DNA of 64,000 nt from Ascidiella aspersa (lineage: Eukaryota), in assembly GCA_963924565.1 (NCBI GenBank), contig OZ004608.1, positions 16,554,001-16,618,000 of the forward strand, given 5' to 3'. A program made the position numbers and the translations under genes. How positions within the stretch are numbered: the first letter of the stretch is position 1; every line of letters begins with the position of its first letter. Below are positions 13,218 to 25,500 of the stretch, piece by piece. The notes under the pieces were generated by a model. It searched no databases and was not told the origin of the DNA. It was given only the letters and a program-made list of their open reading frames with translations.

Positions 13218-14243
13218 CAGGCTTCGGCAACCTTTTGTATGCAGTGTGCCAGTTTATGAATAATGTCAAAATATGTACAATGTGCGTTACACGTTTTTCT
13301 ATGTTTGATTTTGAACTGCGAACCAGGGCTCCGAAGTCAGTTACAAACAGCCCGAGTCCGACTCCAGCCAAAATTTGAACCCGAGTTAGACTCCTAAGTC
13401 CGGCTCAGACTACACAGCTTGTATTTCACTGATTTACATAAAAATGGATATTCATTAATTCAATCATAGGGCTCGTTACGATTTATAGTTTGCTTCCTTA
13501 CCAGTTTCGAAATTTGGTACTGCACATGAGCACACGTCGGACTCGGGTATAGTTTTACCTAGGCTTACTCGAGTCCCGAGTCCGACTCCTCAGCCCTGCT
13601 GTGATCTGACATCTAATTTACGAATGATCTGACATATAATTTACGTATCTTGGGAGACGCCATTAAACCTAATTTCATAAGCATTGGCGCATGGTTGTTT
13701 CTCGACTCGTTCCCTTCTGAGCCTGCATAGCTCAGTTGGTAGAGCGACGGTCCCGGCTTGACTCGTGAGTTCGAACCTCACTGCAGGCTAGTTGTTTTTC
13801 TAGTCTGCTCTGCTTGCATGATAGATCAACAGATTCGGTGAGTCTGCGATGGCTTTCGGTCTACTACAGTATCAGTTTCGTTTTTAGCTTGGTTTCTCAG
13901 TCGCACAAAATCACACGTGCTTACTTTTAATGTGGAATGCATTGCAAACATCACGCTATGTCGGGGGACATTGTGACGTAATACGAACGGTTAGTCGCAA
14001 AAAAACAACTTTAACGCAAACAAAAAATAATGTTAAATACAACAGTTAAGACACCAATCGGGACACGAACTGGAAATGTGTGCAACCATTTCGTTAGCGC
14101 TAAAGTTAATGATGTGGTAGTGATGTAATGGATGTACTTTATTATTAAAGTGATATAACGTGCGCGTTAAATCATTTGGCATGCCTTGAACAATCATCTC
14201 GCGTGTCAAAAGTGGCACGCGTGCCAGGGGTTGCCGACCCCTG
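13218..14243 (+). mobile_element. hAT MITE of the same composite family as 10468-11147, with a nested MITE and tRNA-like insert
   Basis: Ends CAGGCTTCGGCAACC ... GGTTGCCGACCCCTG; degenerate TSD GTCTATAG/GTCCATAT; internal homology to 10468-11147 and to 48332-49339 (reverse). Confidence 0.75.
13721..13789 (+). pseudogene. tRNA-like sequence (SINE head or tRNA pseudogene), anticodon arm partly deleted
   Basis: Perfect 7-bp acceptor stem GCCTGCA/TGCAGGC; D arm GCTC-AGTTGGTA-GAGC (A box); T arm GTGAG-TTCGAAC-CTCAC (B box); T-run downstream. Confidence 0.75.
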
Positions 14244-14572
14244 GTCCATATGATTTCCTGTTTTTCATTATTCTTATTAAAGCATGTTATCACGAAATGT
14301 AATTACCGCCAGCTGGAATATGCTATATAGGCCCTAAGTGATTTTTATTTATGCCAAAAGCATATACTGTTCATTGTGGAGTCTAGATCGCGTAAGTTAC
14401 GGAGGTAAATTATTGTACGTATATCGTAAGTAATGTTGCACTGAATATGTGAATAATAGAAATCACCTTGACCCTTGCAAGATAAATGTCGACCTTAATT
14501 CCTGATCAGTAACAGCAAAATAATCTAGCAAAGCTAGCAATTCAGGTCAGACACATTAACCAGATCTTAAAA

Positions 14573-14616
14573 AGATATATATATATTTCGCCAACTAAGG
14601 CATCGTCAGTATATCT
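14573..14616 (-). ncRNA. Minimal type I hammerhead ribozyme (inverted pLTR copy)
   Basis: Exact reverse complement of 15145-15188. Confidence 0.78.
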
Positions 14617-15144
14617 GAATAAAAACAAACGCAAGTTTTCCACCCGTTGGTCTACCCATCGTTCGTTATGGAACGCATTTCGACACGATGGTCTAAGTGA
14701 CAAAACCGCACTGCAACATCACTACGCCATATCCCACCCCGATATACTTGATTGTAGACCGTTAATTTCTAGCTGTTATATTGTTCAGTTTGTTGCCCAG
14801 CCACCGTTCCACATGTTAGACATTTGTGAGGATAGATGGCTTAACAAAATTAAAGCCAGAATCAATATTCAAAAAATGGTACTGCCCCAAATTAAGTAGT
14901 TGTCTAGTTCTTATCGTTTTCTTACGCCTCTACTCCATTTTTTCTTTTTGCCTTGCCGTTTTTGTGCCGTTATTTTGCGTTGCCGCGTTTCTCTCGACCC
15001 GTTCTTATTGCTTCTGTACAGGGGTTGTACAACTTGGATGCCATTACTATTTAACAGCTTTTATATTTTAGTTATTTTACTTTGTTTTATTTAAACTTTA
15101 ATGTTTTCTGACTCATTCTTATACTGTTGCGTTTGTTTTTATTC

Positions 15145-15188
15145 AGATATACTGACGATGCCTTAGTTGGCGAAATATATATATATCT
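15145..15188 (+). ncRNA. Minimal type I hammerhead ribozyme
   Basis: AGATATA-CTGACGA-T-GCC-TTAGTT-GGC-GAAA-TATA-TA^TATATCT: intact core, 7-bp stem I, 3-bp stem II, palindromic ATATAT stem III. Confidence 0.8.
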
Positions 15189-15329
15189 TTTTAAGATCTG
15201 GTTAATGTGTCTGACCTGAATTGCTAGCTTTGCTAGATTATTTTGCTGTTATATCGTAAGTATCTGTAAGTACTGTTTAATTGTTTCTCGTTTGTTTATA
15301 CGCAATAAATACAATTCCATTGTGGCTCG

Positions 15330-16690
15330 CACCCTCAGATGTGATAGATTGATTCTTAATGTGTTTTCGGCGCTGATTCTGAAAATGCCATTATTTTTTT
15401 TCTAGCACATCAGGTATTTGAAATATTTGTATTTTAATTTTTCAATGTTTTCTGTATTATTCATATAGGCAAATGACGCACTGTGACATAATCCAACTAT
15501 AATGTGACTCACACACCATTTAATCTGTTTTTTTACTGATATCTCTAAAAAAACAATATAGAAAAGATCTTTTATCAACGATATTCGTAATTAAGTAGTT
15601 AATTTTCAGATGTAAAAACAGCATCCGAGCTGAGTATACATTTTGTTTAAACAAGTTCTCGTAGCACTTCTAGCAGAAAAAATTAAAATGAATAAATGTT
15701 CGGTAATCCCATATTTTTATCATTAATGTTGTTACATATCCTTTTCAAAGTTGAGTGACCAACGACAAGCAACAAGTTACTTCAGATATCATTAGGTTGG
15801 ACAATTGTACTTAATATGTTACATTTATCAAGGAGACCTATACCACATAATGCCTCAATGCATGTTTCCCTTCTTACTCATGGAAGTCTTGAATTCTCCC
15901 TGATAAAGTTGAAAATTAAATGGAGTTAAAAACGAAAGTTCAAAAACAATTCTGTTTTCCAGACAGATTTATACAGCCTTATTGTAGATGCGTGTTTTTT
16001 TTCAAAAGAAAGTCAGAACTGCTTAAGTGCTTGTATTAGGATTAAAATAGAATAACTTGCTTGAGATTAATGTAGTATTAAGACATAGCGTAAATAAAAC
16101 TTAGACAACCTACATACAGTGTATGGTCCTTTTTGCTACAATAGCATGCTACCACCTGCATTACTAAGAGACTCTAAGCTAAGCAAAACGAAAGGCATCT
16201 TAATGGAACAATATATTAGTAGAATTCCAAAGGATGTAACCTACATTGTAAAAAGGTGGAATTATACGCGCTTAGCTGGCATTTGGTGACTGTGTGTTAA
16301 CTTTTTAGAAAATGCAAATGGCACTCTTTTCCGTTCGGTGTTGATGATCTGCTTAGCTTAGCATATAGATGGGTTATGCATGTCACTTAAAGTGCATTTT
16401 CTGTACACTTAGTTGAACTTCTTTTCAGAAAACCTTGGTTCAGTTAGAGACGAACAAAAACAACATTTTAAACGATTAAAACCCGCCACCAAGGATTTCA
16501 AAAACGTGGAATAGTTGAAAGTTCCATCAAAGAAGTTCTATGGTGATGACTTGAGTTAAAATATTTCAAAAATGTGATGTGCTAAAGAAAAACTAAAGGT
16601 ATATATTCGAAATTAGGGTGAAAAATACATCTAAGATGAATTATTCACATTCTCGTTTAGAAAAAAAGTGAAAATTTGTTGAGCAGTTTA
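15330..16690 (+). mobile_element. Degraded, internally deleted CMC/Chapaev3-like DNA transposon
   Basis: Broken transposase motifs in order: RRPIPH (~15831), an ELL..RLK.NNLL-like tract (~16010-16065) and MSLKVHFLYT*LNFFSENLGSVRDEQ (~16380-16457). Imperfect subterminal inverted repeats ~15353-15428 vs ~16557-16636. Ends approximate. Confidence 0.55.
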
Positions 16691-19196
16691 ATTCGACGCA
16701 ATTATTGTTTATTATTAAGTCCAGCGTTAAACGTAGGCTATATAAATTTATTGTGAAAGTGTAAGATGTTTTTCACCTATTTACGTAACTAAATTAAGGT
16801 GCATATTTGGCAATCCACTCATAGGGGTGCAATTTATTCACCCACAATACATGAGTGGAAAATATCCACCATATGCTATTCAACCTACACACTTTACAGT
16901 TTGTGGCCTTACCAGTTTCGAAATTTGGTACTGCCCATGAGCACGTCGGACTCGGGACTCAAGTAGGCCTACTTACTGAAGTCCTGAATCCCGAATCCGC
17001 ATTCAACAAAACAACCTACTCCGTCGAGTCCCGAGTCCCAACCCTATACTTTAATAAACAGTAGCCCACACAGCAATTGTACAACAGGTAGAACAAACAT
17101 AGCAAGAATATAAAAGCCCATCAATTTAAAAATATCGAAAAAGATATTTGAAATTTTCAAATGAGAATCCACAAGAATTCAAAATATCACTCGGCACCCT
17201 TGAGCGATAAAAACGACACCCAAGGGTGCCGTGGAACTCTAGTAAGCCTACATAAATGAACGAAATAGCCTTTATGTTTCTACGGTTTCACTTTTCAATC
17301 TGGCGGGCAGATCATTCCGCAAAACCTTTCGAACATTGATTTGTTGTTTTAGTTTTAGATTTCTACCAAGAGATTGGTAAGAAGCGGCAGGATACCATGT
17401 TGCAGTAAATTTTACCTTGCTTTTTTAAAATAAGTTAAATAGCAACCAAAAGACGTTTTACAAAAAACTTCTAAACCAGTGTTTTCCCAACCGGGGTTCC
17501 CTGGCAACTTTATGTGCCGTATCTAATGCTCCAGGTTGCCGATTGATATTTGGAAATCTTAAAGAATATAATTTTCGCTAAAGTAGTAATCCTCTTGATA
17601 CAATTCTTTGTGTAAGATAAGAATACAATAAATCAAGTGGTATTTTTCTACATTGTGTAAAGTCGATGTTTGTTGTTTCCGCAGCCTACCGTCTGTTGTA
17701 ACATTATGCTAAATTTGCAATCTATTTACTTTTTCTAAAGGGTTCCGCAAGCCATAAAAGGTACTGTACCAAGAAAAACAGTACCTTTCATGTACTGTAC
17801 CAAGAAAAACGTTGACCTAAATACGTGCCCCTTAGCATGATATTTATCAATACAGATTCAATAAGGAAGCAAAGCGTTATGCAGTTAGTCATGCCTAAAC
17901 GTGATGTCATCACAATAGAAAGCAACGGCAACCGACGCAAGAGTTATTCAAAATATTTCGAGGTGGTAGGATTTAGTAGTTACGAAACTTAGTAGTGCCA
18001 ATGACACATAGGGCCTATTAAGAATAACTACTTTTAATACTTAAAACTTCATAGGTAGCCTAATGCAAAGAGGCTATCAGTTTGAAATAGTAAGGTAGTC
18101 TGTAGGCCTACATATCTGTTTCAATAAACATTGGCTTAAAAAGTTATACATAGATTATCCTGAAGTTTTTTAACCTCGCTAAAAGTTAATGCTTATTATA
18201 ACAAAACATTTTAAACTGAAGAATAAATGTGATTTAAATATAGTCGGTCTAATGCTGGTGTATGTCATAAGTTCATTTGTAGCGTTGATTTAAATTTTAT
18301 TTAGGTAAAAACTATTGCTCGTACTTAGAGATAGTTATCTTAGTTAGGACTTATTTAAATATTTAACTAACTGCTGGATATCCTGCGCTTGGTAATCGGT
18401 AGTTCGAATAGAATACCTTTTTATATTGCCTCAGAAGTAAAATATATCAATATAAACTTATTGATAAAAGTTACAGAAGTAAAATATATGGAACACATTA
18501 AACACTTGTTTTATTAAAACTAATACTTGGACTTTTAGACCATTTTAATAGATAAGCCCATTGAGAAATGTTTACCCCGTCGAGGTCAATTTAAATTCAG
18601 ACAATCTTGATGTCTGTTGACGTGTTCCATACAGCAAAGCCATGGCAAAAGACGTTTAAGTTTTTTCGGCAATTTGTTGACGGAAAACGGCTAACTGGAA
18701 TGTAGGGAATAATGCAGCACGTCTAGGAAGCAGGTTACTAATAGTATAACAGTTGGGCCGCATAAAAATCAGTTGGCACATAACAATAGCAGTGGAAAGT
18801 TAGACAGCAAGTGGAATTAACTTTGTTAAATAGCCCAAAGCATTGACTATAAGGGGCGCCACACACACGTCGATGATTGCACGTAGGATCGAGGAAAGTA
18901 AAAAACATCTGGAGGTCCACGCATAGGCAAAACTAGTATGCTAATGTGATACAACTATAGTTACTAGAGCACTGGTGAAATTCACAAATTAACTATAAAT
19001 CCGCGTCTTGTCATAGATATTCGTGAGCCTTTGTAAAAACTTAGTTTCATTGTTTGGCACATAACTAAGCAAAAAGGATAAATAGGAAGTCATAAAGCTT
19101 ACGTAGCATTTGTACAAAAACGAAATCTGTTTTTTAAAACTACTTTTTTTAGGTGAACGTTTTATGAAAATTCGCAAAAGTGTTTTATATAGAGTT

Positions 19197-20273
19197 ATGA
19201 ACACTGTGGACTTTGAAGTTACCGCTAGAATGTTTCCGAACAACACGACATCTCAAGCTGAACTAACCTCAATCAAAAATACTACATCCTACGACGGGCA
19301 GTTGATTGGTGCTCTGGTGCTATGCACTGTGACGCTGATTGCCACCATCTATCTCACAACCGTGCTTGTGATTTACGAAGTGAAGGTCAGGCAGAAGAAC
19401 AGAGATAGTCTACCCCTGACCCGATCGCGTTGCCAATCCAGGTTGGTGAGAGACAAGTGGGCGGATTGGATGCGGCTGCTTTCTTTGATTGGATGTGCTA
19501 CCCTCCTGTGTCGCGTGCTCATTGAAACTGTCGAAATCCGCCACGGACAGGGCTCCGACGAGGTTTGCGCAATTATCCGGCCTGTGAAGGCGTTTCTACA
19601 GGCGACGGTGGTGACGTGCATCTACTTGGTGTTGTGGATACGACAGCGCAAGTTCTACAGCCTGCCTGTAATGGAACATCTTACCAACAAGTACATTCGC
19701 TTTCTCAGCAGCTCGATTGTCGTGATAATGGCCACGGCCGACGCCGTTACAGTTTGCCTTTACATCTTTACACGAAAGTACACGGATTCGGAACGTGGAT
19801 GTGTGGTCGATTATAGCCTCGTCTGGAAAAAACTTCCGGGACTGTTTATGTTTCTGTCCACTGTGCTGTTTCAGGCAATCTTGCTTGGGTTGCTGATTTA
19901 TCCACTTATCAACCACAGGCGCAGTATTCAAGTCCAGAGCACCGCACAGCGGCGCGAGATTGTGCTGATACGAAGAGTGACCGTCGCCGCACTTGTAACG
20001 GTCGCCATCGACGGTCTTTCCGGGTTAATTACGATCACGGTACTCTCTGGCTCCTTTGGTATCTGGCGACCGCTTCTCTACGACGTGGATATGTTCGCGG
20101 GACTGTTCTGTGTGAATCTAACGTTCAACGATTGGAAGATTCGATTTTGGCCCTGTTTTGCTGACAGCAAGGAAGTGAGAGGCACACTAAACCAAGTGTA
20201 TAGCAACATGGAAACAGAATTTACGAACACAGTTGATGGGACGACAACCACCGGGATGGATGGCGCCGCATAG
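19197..20273 (+). CDS. Orphan 7TM receptor #3, intronless, 358 aa from the MNTVD start (alternative in-frame ATG at 19164)
   Basis: 7TM pattern with LWIRQRKFYSLPVMEHL, RGCVV, FQAILLGLLIYPL and FNDWKIRFWP. The MNTVD ATG is conserved in paralog #4, whereas the 19164 ATG is ACG there. Confidence 0.9.
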   Translation: MNTVDFEVTARMFPNNTTSQAELTSIKNTTSYDGQLIGALVLCTVTLIATIYLTTVLVIYEVKVRQKNRDSLPLTRSRCQSRLVRDKWADWMRLLSLIGCATLLCRVLIETVEIRHGQGSDEVCAIIRPVKAFLQATVVTCIYLVLWIRQRKFYSLPVMEHLTNKYIRFLSSSIVVIMATADAVTVCLYIFTRKYTDSERGCVVDYSLVWKKLPGLFMFLSTVLFQAILLGLLIYPLINHRRSIQVQSTAQRREIVLIRRVTVAALVTVAIDGLSGLITITVLSGSFGIWRPLLYDVDMFAGLFCVNLTFNDWKIRFWPCFADSKEVRGTLNQVYSNMETEFTNTVDGTTTTGMDGAA

Positions 20274-20687
20274 AATTATTCACAGATATTCTGTTATTTA
20301 TCTGGTGCGGCGATTGTTTTCATTGTGCCAACAATAACTAACCTAAATATATTGATTACAATTACAGTGTGGCTTCGTACCGACACATATTTAATTGAAG
20401 ATCCAGGCACAAACGTTTCGGTGAGATTTGTGCTATTTGTTGTTTGGTGTTATAAAATGTATATATAATGTGCCTATTCGTTGATTTTAGAAAACCACCC
20501 ACGCCTACATGCTTGCTCGTCCAGCCAATTAAAGCATTCGAAGCGTGTCACCAATAATAAACTTTAGTTGGATACATTTTAAGTTTTTGGGGAGAGACCC
20601 GTGTAGGAGAGCGCGTTTTTGAATTGTTAAACCTGAAGTACCCGATTGGGCGTCTGCGCAGGCCTGGACGCGGAAGTAGACGCTATA

Positions 20688-21301
20688 AATAGTGTGTATC
20701 TTGCAACTAAAGCACTTCATTTCCCCAGATCGTCCTTCCAGGTGTCAAATTACGGGCAAACATTTCTAGCAGTGTTGTAATGACTTAAGTCATTGACTTG
20801 ACTTAAGTCCTTTGACCAAAATGACTTGACTTGACTTAAGTCTTTTGGCCAAATGACTTGACTTGGACTTAAGTCTTTTTGGCAAATAACTTGGGAGTAA
20901 ATTAAGTGTTTTTCATTAAAATTTATCTCAAGTTTAGCGTATTAAACACTTTAATTGCTGCGTATTGCGTATGTGTTTTTTTAGTTAAATTGTTGCATAT
21001 AATCGGACGAGTTTACCAATTTTAATAGTTTAATAATTTACTTTTATGTCAATGACATGACTTGAAATTGACTTGCTCTCATAATGACTTGACTGGGACT
21101 TGACTTGGGCAACCGATGACTTGGACTGGGACTTGACTTGTTATTTTTGCAAAAGACTTGACTTGGACTTAAGTTATTTTTCAAATGACTTGACTTGGAC
21201 TTAAGTCGTTTCAAAATGACTTGTTTACAACACTGATTTCTAGACATTTGGGTTTGCCACTTGTTATTACAAATCGTTCCAGTAAGGAATAAATAGGAGG
21301 T
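20688..21301 (-). pseudogene. METTL4: METTL4 3'-end fragment (~50 codons) split by a MITE
   Basis: 20688-20769 plus 21244-21301 align to ~38745-38884 of intact METTL4 (PPIHSLLERF...CLEMFARNLTPG..WGNEVL region). Confidence 0.88.
20770..21235 (+). mobile_element. 466-bp hAT-like MITE rich in GACTT repeats, inserted in the METTL4 fragment
   Basis: TIR CAGTGTTGTAA/TTACAACACTG; 8-bp TSD ATTTCTAG, present once in intact METTL4 at 38819-38826. Confidence 0.92.
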
Positions 21302-22543
21302 ACGAGGAAATTTAAGTCTTGTGTTTTTGTAATCTATCTAACTAAACGCGTTGTGCGTACTTTGATTCAGACTTCCCTAACAAAAACCCAAAAACGTTTT
21401 AAATGTTTAAACGAATTTGGAATTTTAACACAAAATTATTTCGTGCACCACAATATTAAATCGTGATTCACAAGTTTAACGCGTTGATTTCAACTGTTGA
21501 GCTTCAAGCACAAAAAAGTAAGCTATTTTTAAAATTTATTAACAGATCTTGCGATCGGCGTTTTAACTTAGACATTTTCGATATATGCATGATTTGCGAG
21601 ATTCTATAGTATAGAATCTATACATTTAAATGTTTTGATAAAAACTCGTACACAAAATAATTTACAGACTTTTCGGTCGGCATTTTAACTTATATATTTT
21701 TTAATATTTTTAAAAGTATTTTTACCTGGTAAGCTAGGCAGAATCAGTTATTGTGAAAACCATGTACAACGACAAGTTTCGTTTTCCCATGATTCCGATT
21801 GGTGATTTGTCCTTCGTCGGCGGCACTTGTTTCAGCTTGTACTTCATCAGTAGCGTTCCGTATTTCAAGCAAATGCTTTGATGATGCTATGGAGCGTCTC
21901 GTGACGTATCTTTTGACGAGATTAGTTCCTCCAAAAGCTGGCTTCTTGCAGGTCCCAAACATGACCGCAAGTTCAAAAGAGGGTTTGTTATGGTCCAAGG
22001 CTTCGTTTGTCCAACCAAAGGTTTCGTCCTTATAGTTAGGTTGAAGACAACGAGCGTTGGAATGGATGATACCAGGACGTAGTATTTCTGACGATTCTTA
22101 ACCTTTTTGAAACAGGTTTAATAAAATTGCCAAGAAACAACTCGTTCAAGGTACTGCGAAAATAACCAAACGGCTAAATCGCTCAACAGATGTTATTGAA
22201 CTCTTTTTTCCGCCTTAGGGTAACCCAGATAGACGCGGTTTAACCCTTAATTTAACGCTTAATGGTAGTGAAAAATTACTATAGTAGGCTAACTGGTGTT
22301 CGGAGACACGTCGGGTCGCCAATTTGTGGGGCGCGAGTTTAGTTTGTTGAAACTTTTAATAGTTTATTCAAACAGAAGAGAGTAATAATTGACAGTTTCG
22401 TTCTGACTCCAACTTGAAGATGCGCATCTAACTCGCGAGCCGCCACAAGACGTTCAGGTTATTGGAATAATTAGTTGATAAGAACAACCAGTTTCAAACT
22501 ATAGAACGGCAAAACAATCAACGCTATAAACAGCACCAGTCGA

Positions 22544-25500
22544 CAGGGGCGGCCGCAGAAAATTTTCCAGGGGGGGGCAATCAGCGAAAATCAAAAAGGG
22601 GGGTCTTGAATTTTCAACTTAGGGAATTCCCCTATTTTTCGTCTGACTTAATGAATAATGAGTAATGACGTCATAAAACAGTGACAGTATGACGTCATAG
22701 AATGGTGATTGCAAGACGTGATAAAAAAAAACTAAACAGAAACAGCCAAATACGTCCAGCAAAAGCGACCACGTGTGTCGTAAACAATCCTGTCAGGCGC
22801 CAGCTGCGAAACACGATAACTTCAGGCAAAAAAAACAAACCAAGACCGTGAAATATCTGTGATTAATTGTGGTAAAATCACACATAATTCGACTATCAGC
22901 AGCGCATTTTGTTCCATGAACGGAACGAGCGCTAAAAAATTGTCTTTCACCATCTGCAATACTAAACGAAGATCGTTTTTTCCTGGTGTTATTATGCCAC
23001 GATTAGCGCAACAATTGCGCCGAGCTGTGTGCCAAGTCAGCTAAATTACAAGCCGCGGTTGAGGGAAAATAAGTTGTGTCCATTGCACACTTAGCACGTG
23101 GTGTAAGAGTATGCTTAAAGAGCATAATTTTGCGTTAAACATCATTACTTAAAAATGGAGACTTTGAAACGCGCACGACAGTCACCATTATACCTCCTTT
23201 TAAGAATCTGCTTCAGTTAAACAAATGAAACGGTGTTACACTAAGGAACATACTGCGTATAACTCGACGTTTTTTAACGAGAAAAAATAAAGAAGGTTTG
23301 ATTAGCGTTGTCAATTGTAGAATACACACTTGCTAATCAGTCAACCTACACAAATAACGAAAGAGAAAAATTCCAGCGTTTATGGTCGGCCAAACAAAAG
23401 ACGAAAAACGGCGTTTTGCACTCGATTTTGGTTTCGCATTAGATTAAGACGCGTGACCCAATTACTTTAAAAGCACGCCGCTTCAAACAGTTTGTTAAAC
23501 CATGACAAAAACGAACAAAAAACGATATTATCACTTACAAAAAGAGGGTAATAACTCCCACCCCCCTGGATACGCCACTGGGGGCAATGGATAATGTATA
23601 ATATTTTTAACCTTAATATACATATTACAAAAAAAAATCCTAACTGGCAACCCTGGCCGTGACTACCGAAGAAGCTGATTAATTCAAACAGCAACTGACG
23701 TAAAAATGAAGTAACTGAGAGATAAGGATATTCCCAATGAACTAAAAATAATTATCAATTAGCGAAGCATATAACGTGATCGATACAAGACAACAAAGAA
23801 TCAATAGGCTACTATAGGCTAGCTTCAAAAAAGAAGTTCTAGGAAACTATGCTACCAATACCACTATTGGCACTATTTTTGTGTCCCGCCAGCTGATGTG
23901 GATATTTTAATTGATAGCTAATTTACCCCTAATAGTGAGGAAATTTACCCCCAGGGGTAAATTTACCCCAGGTTAAGAAAGGCTGATTTAAGGTGTCTAT
24001 GGTTGTAGATGTACATGTAAACATTAACTCAGTATGTAGTCATTTTAAGAATCGTCATTGGTGCGGCGATTGTTTTCATTGTGCCAACAATAACTAACCT
24101 AAATATATTGATTACAATTACAGTGTGGCTTCGTACCGACACATATTTAATTGAAGATCCAGGCACAAACGTTTCGGTGAGATTTGTGCTATTTGTTGTT
24201 TGGTGTTATAAAATGTATATATAATGTGCCTATTCGTTGATTTTAGAAAACCACCCACGCCTACATGCTTGCTCGTCCAGCCAATTAAAGCATTCGAAGC
24301 GTGTCACCAATAATAAACTTTAGTTGGATACATTTTAAGTTTTGGGGGAGAGACCCGTGTAGGAGAGCGCGTTTTTGAATTGTTAAACCTGAAGTACCCG
24401 ATTGGGCGTCTGCGCAGGCCTGGACGCGGAAGTAGACGCTATAAATAGTGTGTATCTTGCAACTAAAGCACTTCATTTCCCCAGATCGTCCTTCCAGGTG
24501 TCAAATTACGGGCAAACATTTCTAGCAGTGTTGTAATGACTTAAGTCATTGACTTGACTTAAGTCCTTTGACCAAAATGACTTGACTTGACTTAAGTCTT
24601 TTGGCCAAATGACTTGACTTGGACTTAAGTCTTTTTGGCAAATAACTTGGGAGTAAATTAAGTGTTTTTCATTAAAATTTATCTCAAGTTTAGCGTATTA
24701 AACACTTTAATTGCTGCGTATTGCGTATGTGTTTTTTTAGTTAAATTGTTGCATATAATCGGACGAGTTTACCAATTTTAATAGTTTAATAATTTACTTT
24801 TATGTCAATGACATGACTGGAAATTGACTTGCTCTCATAATGACTTGACTGGGACTTGACTTGGGCAACCGATGACTTGGACTGGGACTTGACTTGTTAT
24901 TTTTGCAAAAGACTTGACTTGGACTTAAGTTATTTTTCAAATGACTTGACTTGGACTTAAGTCGTTTCAAAATGACTTGTTTACAACACTGATTTCTAGA
25001 CATTTGGGTTTGCCACTTGTTTTTACAAATCGTTCCAGTAAGGAATAAATAGGAGGTACGCGGAAATTTAAGTCTTGTGTTTTTGTAATCTATCTAACTA
25101 AACGCGTTGTGCGTACTTTGATTCAGACTTCCCTAACAAAAACCCAAAAACGTTTTAAATGTTTAAACGAATTTGGAATTTTAACACAAAATTATTTCGT
25201 TATATTTAACACAAAATTATTTCGTGATAAAAAAAACTAATCAGAAACAGCCAAATACGTCCAGCAAAAGCGACCACGTGTGCCGTAAACAATCCTGTCA
25301 GGCACCAGCTGCGAAACACGATAACTTCAGGCAAAAAAAACAAACCAAGACCGTGAAATATCTGTGATTAATTGTGGTAAAATCACACATAATTCGACTA
25401 TCAGCAGCGCATTTTTTTCCATGAACGGAACGAGCGCTAAAAAATTGTCTTTCACCACCTGCAATACTAAACGAAGATCGTTTTTTCCTGGTGTTATTAT

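Larger units (their letters stand above)
14433..15249 (+). mobile_element. 5'-truncated Penelope-like retroelement: inverted pseudo-LTR, C-terminal GIY-YIG-type ORF fragment, pseudo-LTR
   Basis: ~125-bp inverted repeat (14510-14634 vs 15127-15251). Open frame 14636-14899: FSTRWSTHRSLW...ALQHHY...H...LDICEDRWLNKIKARINIQKMVLPQIK*. Flanking direct repeat TATATCGTAAGTA (14420-14432, 15250-15262). Hammerhead motif in each arm. Confidence 0.78.

Noticed and set aside
13721-13789. Functional tRNA gene
   Set aside because: The anticodon arm is incomplete and the copy sits inside a MITE; sibling copies have damaged D and T arms.
19110-19196. TTG/GTG-initiated N-terminal extensions of 7TM #3 and #4 in the ORF track
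   Set aside because: Non-ATG starts that cross a polypyrimidine-AG acceptor; the shared MNTVD ATG is preferred.
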